A stretch of DNA of 64,000 nt, taken from contig OX597814.1 of the NCBI GenBank assembly GCA_951406725.2, positions 166,656,001-166,720,000 on the forward strand. The letters are read 5' to 3'. The translations under genes were made by a program, and so were the position numbers. Each line of letters begins with the position of its first letter. Position 1 is the stretch's first letter. The stretch is from Octopus vulgaris. Its lineage: Eukaryota. This document shows positions 55,708 to 64,000 of the stretch, piece by piece. Under the pieces are notes generated by a model. It was not told the DNA's origin and made no database searches. It worked only from the letters and a program-made list of their open reading frames with translations.

Positions 55708-57137
55708 CATATCTATCTGTTTATCTACCTGTCTGCCTGCTAGCCTGTCTGTCTCTTTGTCCTACCTACCTTAATTTCTCATGTGAGCCCAAATGAGGGA
55801 GCCTCTATGTGGTCGCTCGACTTGCAAAAAATAACACCCAAATCTTCAAATCACACTCTACCGTTTTAAAAAGAACAGTAGATAAAATTATCCTGTTTTC
55901 CATGTAGATGGCATAAAGATGGGATTGCCACAACCGGAATGTCTTTGATAACAGGTTTAATCGACTAGGGTTGAACTGGAGTTAAACAGCAACAATAAGA
56001 TCTCTCTCATACAAAGCCAACGAGAGTTTTCACGTTGTCGCTCGTCAGAAGGCACATGACGTAGCGGTTGGGATATTGGGCACACGATCGTCAGGTCGTG
56101 GGTTCGGTTCTCGAACTAGGCATAACATTGTGTCCTTGAACAAAACAGTTAATTTCATATTACTTCGCCGACTCAGCTAAAAGTGAGTACCAGAAAAAGC
56201 TGAGAATGTGATTAAGCCAATGAAAGACTGGCGCCCCGTGCATTGGGAGTAAGATATTGTTTTGTACCCTCACGCGTTTAAATATCACGGAAATTGGAAC
56301 CAGTTCTGTCCTAAGAAGCCTGTAGGTTCAATGTAAGCTTTAACTTAAAAGATTTTTTTTTTTAATATTAAACTTTGAAAACCATGATTCTAGCTAAAAT
56401 GTATCTCAATATACGAGGAATGTCATGGTTAGAATGTCTTTGATCATAGATGACTCGGAGCTAAACAAACCTCAAGTCTTCTACTCTTATTCATTAACAG
56501 TACGGTTCACCAGGTAACTCGTGTATCTCAGAGGTACATGAATTAGCCTGGCCTTCCATAATAAGAACCATCAAAAAGTAATTAACTCTGTTGCTTCCGA
56601 ATGGGTTATGGATATCAATCTCTGTAGCCTCTGTATTAAAACCTACAAAATCCATACCCCTAATACAGTACCTTCCATTGCCAATCGCAATTGGACTAAG
56701 CGCCACCATAATACATAATTTATAATTAAAAGAGGAAAAAAAAACACAGTTGAAGCAATCATTTCTTTTGTACTAATTGTGACCAACAATTGCTTGACCT
56801 TGGAATGCGAAGCTGTAACATGAAACGACAGATATATTCATAAATGATTGAAACCCAGTATCAATGCGAGAGTAAATTACATCATATAAGTTGTTTCACT
56901 TAACTATACTACTGTGCATTGTTATTCATAAGTGGACAATAACAATAACAACAACAGCAACAACAACAAAAATACTGAAAAAATTATCTATTTGTCGTTC
57001 TTTCTCTTTCTCTCACTTTATGTATGTACATACGCGTGCATGCATATATATATACACGTATATATGTATGTATTCTCTCTTTCACTTGTTTCAGTCATTT
57101 GACTGTGGCCATGCTAGAGCACCACCTTTAGTCAAGC

Positions 57138-57140
<3 letters not shown>

Positions 57141-57170
<30 letters not shown>

Positions 57171-57710
57171 TTAACGTCCGCTTTCCATGCTAGCATGGGT
57201 TGGACGGTTCAACTGGTGTCTGGGGAGCCCGAAGGCTGCACCAGGCCAGTCAGATCTGGCAGTGTTTCTACAGCTGGATGCCCTTCCTAACGCCAACTAC
57301 TCCGAGAGTGTAGTGGGTGATTTTATGTGCCACCGACACAGGTGCCAGACGAGGCTGGCGAACGGCCACGCTCGGATGGTGTTTTTATGTGCCACCGACA
57401 CAGGTGCCAGACGAGGCTGGCGAACGGCCACGCTCGGATGGTGTTTTTATGTGCCACCGACACAGGTGCCAGACAAGGCTAGCAGACGACCACGCTCGGA
57501 TGGTGTTTTTATGTGCCACCGACACAGGTGCCAGACAAGGCTAGCAGACGACCACGCTCGGATGGTGTTTTTTATGTGCCACCGACACAGGTGCCAGACG
57601 AGGCTGGCGAACGGCCACGCTCGGATGGTGTTTTTATGTGCCACCGACACAGGTGCCAGATAGGCTAGCAGACGACCACGCTCGGATGGTGTTTTTATGT
57701 GCCACCGACA
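57141..57710 (-). mobile_element. SINE-like family D copy with an expanded 62-bp minisatellite
   Basis: Six-plus 62-bp units at 57320-57710; (CAT)n tail; inserted in a SINE A relic. Confidence 0.85.
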
Positions 57711-58392
57711 CATCGGTTTGATCAGCTAAACCCTTCAAGGCAAATTCCTGGTATGACTGTAGGCCAATGACCGAAACAAAAGAATACAAGAATCGGTTAA
57801 AGATTTTAAATTAATAGGAATGATCCCATGTCTCGAAGCAATACAATTTGAATCACATGAAAACACTTCATGGTTTACTGGTTGAAGCGAAAATTTTCGG
57901 TAAATACCATCAGAATGGTTGCAGCCACCACCCTTGCAAAGGTGATGAAGGGCACATCACATGATTTGATCATAGATACACGGTGTCTGGAAAATAAAAA
58001 TGACTCGATGATTAATTACGTTTGGACTAATAAAAAAAGTCATTCTTTGTGTTTTGTCATGGAGAAAATTTCTCGATGTTGACAATGGAGTAAATACACT
58101 AGAGTTGAGCAACTTTCATAAATTTACAGGTATATCTGATATATACGCATAAACATTGGCGTAGAAGGTATATATTAAACATTTACTCATTAAAATATAG
58201 GGAATGATACACTAAACAAAATAAGATAATGCACATGAAGTGATGTTCTGAGTTAGCGAACATCCAGAATGGACTGGAGCAAAAGAACTAGTAATGTGTG
58301 TGATTGTGTGTGTGTGTGTGTGGTCAGTAGTTCATATATCCGAAAACGAAACACACCTTAAAGCATTAAAGCGATAATATATTTTGGGGGAA

Positions 58393-58918
58393 TTAGCGGT
58401 ATTTGGTCTGCCGTTACGTTCTGAGTTCAAATTCCGCCGAGGTCGACTTAGCCTTTCGTCCTTTCGGGGTCGATTAAATAAGTACCAGATATGCCCTGGA
58501 GTTGATCCAATCGTCTTAATCCCTTTGTCTGTCCTTATTTTTTCCCCTCTATGTTTAGACCCCTATGGTGAGGGCGCGTGGCTTAGTGGTTAGGGCATTC
58601 GGCTCATGATCGTAAGGTTGTGAGTTCGATTCCCGGCGACGCGTTGTGTCCTTGAGCAAGACACTTTATTTCACGTTGCTCCAGTCCACTCAGCTGGCAA
58701 AAATGAGTTGTACTTGTATTTCAAAGGGTCAGCCTTGTCACTCTCTGTGTCACGCTGATTATCCCCGAGAACTACGTTAAGGGTACACGTGTCTGTGGAA
58801 TGCTCAGCCATTTGCACGTTAATTTCACGAGCAAGCTGTTCCGTTGATCGTATCAGCTGGGACCCTCGTCGTCGTAACCGGCGGAGTCTTTTTAGACCCC
58901 TATGTACAATAAAGAAAT
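58393..58918 (+). mobile_element. SINE B with a nested SINE C (58568-58890)
   Basis: Outer TSD ATATATTTTGGGGGA; inner TSD TTTAGACCCCTATG. Confidence 0.9.
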
Positions 58919-59117
58919 AAATATATTTTGGGGGAAGTTAAAAGTTATAACCGGGCAAAGAGTGTCTATTGGTAACTGACCGTTACGTATTTCTTTCTCC
59001 TGAAGCTTAAGCGCCTTCAACTATTTGAGACTGACGAGTCGCCTATAGTGCTAAGCACTTTATGGGTGCGAAACTAATGGTCACTCTATAACTGGCCATA
59101 GCCTTTAACTTCCTAAA

Positions 59118-59148
<31 letters not shown>

Positions 59149-59595
59149 TGTATGTATGTATGTATGTATGTATGTATGTATGTATGTATGTATGCATGTA
59201 TGTATGTATGTATGTATGTACTGTTAAATTATATTCGGGTAAAAACCTTGTAGAATGCTATGCAAAGCACATCCGCAGTTATTGGGTTTCTGATTCGGGG
59301 TATGCATTTTCACACTGAGTGAAATAATGGTAGGATCTAACGAGGGTCTTATTTAAGCAATCGCTTGAGGAAGTGCATTTTCCACCTTGGATGTATGATA
59401 ATGGTTACACAACATCTCAACGATGTACTACTCGTGTAAAAATGTATCGAAACAGTTGTGGTGATTTTAAATAAAAATGGTCGATCCTTCCATTTTCAAT
59501 CATTTCCCCCCCTCTCTCTCTCTCCCTCTCTCTAAATATATGTAGCTGTGTATGTGGTGTATGTGTGTTTGTGTACATATGTGTATGTGTGTGTG

Positions 59596-59628
<33 letters not shown>

Positions 59629-59897
59629 AATAAAGATACATTACATTTCAAAAATTACCCTAAAACATTGTCTTGTACACTGTATGAATTAATCTGTGAG
59701 CTGACGCTTGTAGTGTTATGCAAATTAAACTGACCAGTAAGCTGAGGGGAGATGCAATGGCCCAGTGGTTAGGGCAGCGGACTCGCGGTCGGAGGATCGC
59801 AGTTTCAATTCCCAGACCGGACGTTGTGTGTGTTTATTGAGCGAAAACACCTAAAAACTCCACGAGCAATGCCGGGTGAACAAACACAGACACAAAT

Positions 59898-59983
<86 letters not shown>

Positions 59984-60716
59984 GTCAGGCTTCCTTCAGT
60001 TTCCGCCTACCAAATCCACTCACAAGGCTTTGGTCGGCCCACGCAGTGGGACTGAACCCGGTTGAATTTGTTATACTATTCTTCAATCCCTTTAATTCTC
60101 TATATCATTTCTATTCTGTATACGCTGGACCTTTTTACAGGTATGCATATATAATAAAATAATAAATGCGCCCTTTTAAAGCCTAGCGTGGCTCATGGGC
60201 CCGGTTTCAATGGCGTACGTGTTCACCAGCTGGACGGGACGTCAGTCCATAGCAGCGTTACTCATTTTTGCCTGCTGAGTGAACTGGAGCAGCGTGAAAT
60301 GAAGTGTTTTGCTCAAGAACACAACGTATCGCCCGGTCCTGGAATCGAAACCACAATCTTACGATCATGATGTTGACACCCTAACCACTAAGCCATGCGC
60401 CTCCACTATATGCATATATATATTCTTTGTATTTCATGTACCTAATATACCTCATTTATTGATCTGTCTAACTTACTTATCTCTATATTTACTTCAATAT
60501 ACGCTCAAGTTTAAATCTCTTGAGCATTTACTAAGTGTATTTTATAAGTGTATTCTATAAGCGTATTCTTTCAGTTTCCACCTACTAAATGCAGTGACAA
60601 GGCTTTGGTCGGCCTAGGACTGTTGTAGAAGTCACGTAAAGTGTCACACAGTGGGACTAAACCTGGGACAGTGTAGTTGAAAAGCAAACTTTTTATCACA
60701 CACTTACGCCTCTGTT

Positions 60717-60754
<38 letters not shown>

Positions 60755-61234
60755 CGCTTCATAAATATCTATAAGCGACAATTCTCTCTTTGGACAGAGA
60801 TAAGATATCCTTTCTCTGACGAAGATGTTCAAAAAAAAAAAAAGAAAAAAAACCTTCGAAACTAGTCAAGTTGATCTTGCTATTTTCGGTCTACGAAGAA
60901 TTAAAACCTATGGTGTAACAATTCTGTTTACTTTTCACAGCGAGACTAAAATCATATGTTTATTAAACACAATGTATACCTTACATTTCAGCTGTCGATA
61001 TTGTCTTAGAGTTGTTGTTTGTGACTCTAATATCATTTCCTATCACGTAGAATACATAATTTAACAAGCCACCAACGTGGCGGCACTGACTGTAATAGAC
61101 TAAAGTCAACCAGAGAATGAGCATTTGAAAAAAAATGTCAATTAATTGCCAGTCAGTCTGCGATTAGGCGGCCATGAGATGCGACTGGCGCCAAATTATG
61201 CTTATGGAGTCTCGCGGGAGTGGATGTGTTTTCC

Positions 61235-61302
<68 letters not shown>

Positions 61303-61313
61303 ATTTCTCTCTC

Positions 61314-61376
<63 letters not shown>

Positions 61377-61720
61377 ACAAATGTGTATATCTATCTATCT
61401 ATCTATCTATATTTATAGATAGATAGGTATAGATATGTGTGTTTATATATATGCATGCATGTGTATATATGTATGCATACAGATATATGCATATATATGT
61501 GTACATACATCCATACACATATATTGTACATATTTATGTGTCGAAGTATTATACACACACGCATATATGTATGCATGTATAATATGTTCGAGTGTATATA
61601 TTTTTATTAACGTATATTGATACATTTATCTATAAATATTCAGAAGTAGATACATATATGTATGCAATGAGACATCCTTTTGTGCATACAAATTACATAC
61701 ATATACATACATACATACAT

Positions 61721-61793
<73 letters not shown>

Positions 61794-61865
61794 ATATATA
61801 TACACACATAAGATAAACTTTGAAATGGATGAGTAGCGTTCAATCATATAATAAAATAATATAAT

Positions 61866-61905
<40 letters not shown>

Positions 61906-61980
61906 GATTGAACGCTACTCAAATACATATACATATACATATATATGCACGTATATACATATATGTATGTATGCATATAT
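61235..61980. repeat. Microsatellite cluster ((TTTC)n, (TA)n, (CA)n)
   Basis: Direct observation. Confidence 0.95.
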
Positions 61981-62928
61981 GGATACAGGACGTCACAAAA
62001 CGTAAACAACATGAAATACTAAGACACACTTTGGTATGCGAACAACGAGAGAAACAAATGGAAAACAAGACAAGTAACATAAAGTTGGACCCTTCATCAG
62101 TTGTCGGCTGTCCATATACTCCACATTTCGAGCAATTAACGACAATATGAGGCTTCGAAAAAGCAGTTGCTCCCGCGAACCAAAAAAAAATTTGGGATTT
62201 GCGGAGAGTCAAAGTTGGTAACAAAAATAGGACAGTGAAGACATACAACAAACCAAACGAAAGCAAACATGGAGAGCCGTTAAGCCAGGCGAGGTAAGGT
62301 TGCGAATGCTGGAGGAATGGAATATTGTCTTTGACAAGAGAAAATATAGAAGATGAGACAGATAAGAATGCGTCTAGTCTGTAAACCAGACTGAAAGGAA
62401 AGGAAGATGAATATTTGAGGAAAAGAAAGATGGACGATGGTCAGGTGTGAGCAACGAGAGTAAAGGAGAAAGATGAAGAGAGAGACAGGTAGAAAACGGT
62501 GAAGGGGAGAAAAAAGAATGAGAGAGAAAAAACGAAATGGAAGAGAGAGAACAGTACAGAGTAGAGTCGCATCAAAATCATTAAGATAAACTTACTTTGA
62601 AATGGATGCGTAGCAGGGACATAGGAGATGCAAGTCGTGAGAAGGAATAAAAAAGATGCTACACAGACGGTAGTCGAACCAAGAAAGAAAGGTCAGGCTT
62701 GGCGGAACACCGGTCACGTGGAAGGAGAGGAGAGAGATAGAGGCAGGGGGATTGAAGAATTAGGGAGGAAAAGAGAAAAAGAAAGGAAAGGGACAGAATG
62801 AAGTAGAAAAGGAGGGGAAGGCCAAGATAGGGGGAGCGAGGAAAAGAAAAGTGGAAAGAACGAAGAAAGTGTGAAGGGGGCTAATAGAAAGAGTAAGAGA
62901 GTCGTACAGAATTTAGATGTAAATATGT

Positions 62929-63224
62929 CATCATCATTCATCATTGTTCGACCGTGGTCGAGACAATGGAATTTACTATGTTACGCCAGACTTCACGGTC
63001 CATCATAGCATTACGGAGGTCCTGTTGCTGGATGCCTGTATCCCTGGAGATTACATCAGGGTAGGAGAGTGTGCGCCCTCTGGTATTGCGAGTAGATGGC
63101 TTCCAGAGGAGAAGAGTAGAAATTACTTCTTTTTCAGCTCTACAACAATGTCCAGCAAACTGGACTCTCCTACCTTTCACAAGAGATGACACAGATGGTA
63201 GTTTCCCATATATTTGCATTTTAA
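62929..63224 (-). mobile_element. 5'-truncated RTE-like LINE 3' end
   Basis: RRVQFAGHCCRA...LLLWKP...RGRTLSYPDVI...AMMDREVWR C-terminus, (TGA)n tail and TSD GTAAATATGT (62919-62928/63225-63234). Confidence 0.9.
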
Positions 63225-63574
63225 GTAAATATGTACTTACATACAGGAGTCCCAAAATGTATCTATGTCGCTAAATGTATAAAAAAGAATGCAAAAATGG
63301 AACAAGAACGTAACAGGCGACAACAAAACATATGTGTGTGTGTGTGTGTGTGTACAAAATTTTCCTGGAGTTTTCAAGCATTCGCAGTTTCACTGATCAG
63401 AATGGGTGGTGCTTTTGTGAAGATGGAGAATCGGCACTGATGATTCCAGAAGATTGGTGTAAATGGCTCTTCCACCTCTCTTTTGTCCGTCACCGTGAAC
63501 CAGTCTGTTTCATGAGTGTCATCAACTCCAATTTATATATCGCCATTTTTTGAACACCCTTCATCTGAGAAAGG

Positions 63575-63960
63575 TTACCCAACTTTAGTCCAACAGATAG
63601 ATCTGCCGTTTTTAGCTATCTATAACGTCTGAGAACTAGGATTCAGCTCAAAGGTCACTCTAATTTGCATAATAATGCATGTTAAGGAGTGGAAGAGAGC
63701 AACTGTGGAAAATCTTCGCTGTACATTGCAATCGATTCATAAAGGAAAAATTCCTTCGCTTTAAAAGTAGTCGAATGCTATCTTAATTTATGAGAAGAAT
63801 GACACGGAACATCTGAGAAATTCGTTCCATATGCCTTTTGTCTCATCTTTACAAGCTGTTTATAAAGACCATAGTCACCAGATTATCGAGGCATCAGGAG
63901 CAAACAGCCCGAGGAGCAAACAGGTTTTCGGAAGAACTACAGTACGATTGACCACTGTAA
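63575..63960 (+). pseudogene. Decayed RTE-clade reverse transcriptase fragment
   Basis: MLRSGREQLWKIF...ILIYEKNDTEHLRN..ICLLSHLYKLFIKTIVTRL...QPEEQTGFRKNYSTIDH, matching RT domains 0-2 (NYRPISLL / EQAGFR..ST.DH); contains stops and frameshifts. Confidence 0.85.
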
Positions 63961-64000
63961 CATGACATCTATGACGAGCGAAAGAGTATAAGTTGCCTCT

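Noticed and set aside
56494-56709. 71-aa unique-sequence ORF
   Set aside because: Short, with no motif or splice support; cannot be distinguished from chance.
57320-57710. CRISPR-like regularly spaced repeats
   Set aside because: The intervening sequences are themselves repeated (two variants), there are no cas genes, and the context is a eukaryotic SINE.
58568-58640. tRNA-like sequences (also 30410-30482 and 59745-59820)
   Set aside because: They are SINE heads: A/B boxes continue into family bodies with TSDs, and no proper acceptor stem is evident.

Overview
AT-rich animal genomic DNA saturated with microsatellites and SINEs. The repeat repertoire suggests an octopus/cephalopod genome (inference, not verified). 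I found no intact host protein-coding exon; nearly all ORFs in the track come from microsatellites or repeats. The window holds several tRNA-derived SINE families, RTE and Tx1/L1-type LINE fragments, mariner/Tc1 relics, Helitrons, MITEs, a Gypsy-type solo LTR and Penelope-like repeats with hammerhead-ribozyme-like motifs. The most notable structure is a three-level nest at 12.7-15.8 kb. A TRIM-like non-autonomous LTR element has its 3' LTR split, with a 15-bp TSD, by an ORF1-only ('half-LINE') CCHC gag-like retroelement, which itself carries a SINE. That ORF1-only element, two Tx1-type ORF2 3' ends and the abundant SINE family B all share a ~50-nt 3' tail, which points to one Tx1-driven mobilisation system. 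CpG decay patterns and minus-strand splice donors suggest much of the window lies in the first intron(s) of a minus-strand host gene with non-coding first exons near 35, 47 and 51-52 kb (speculative).
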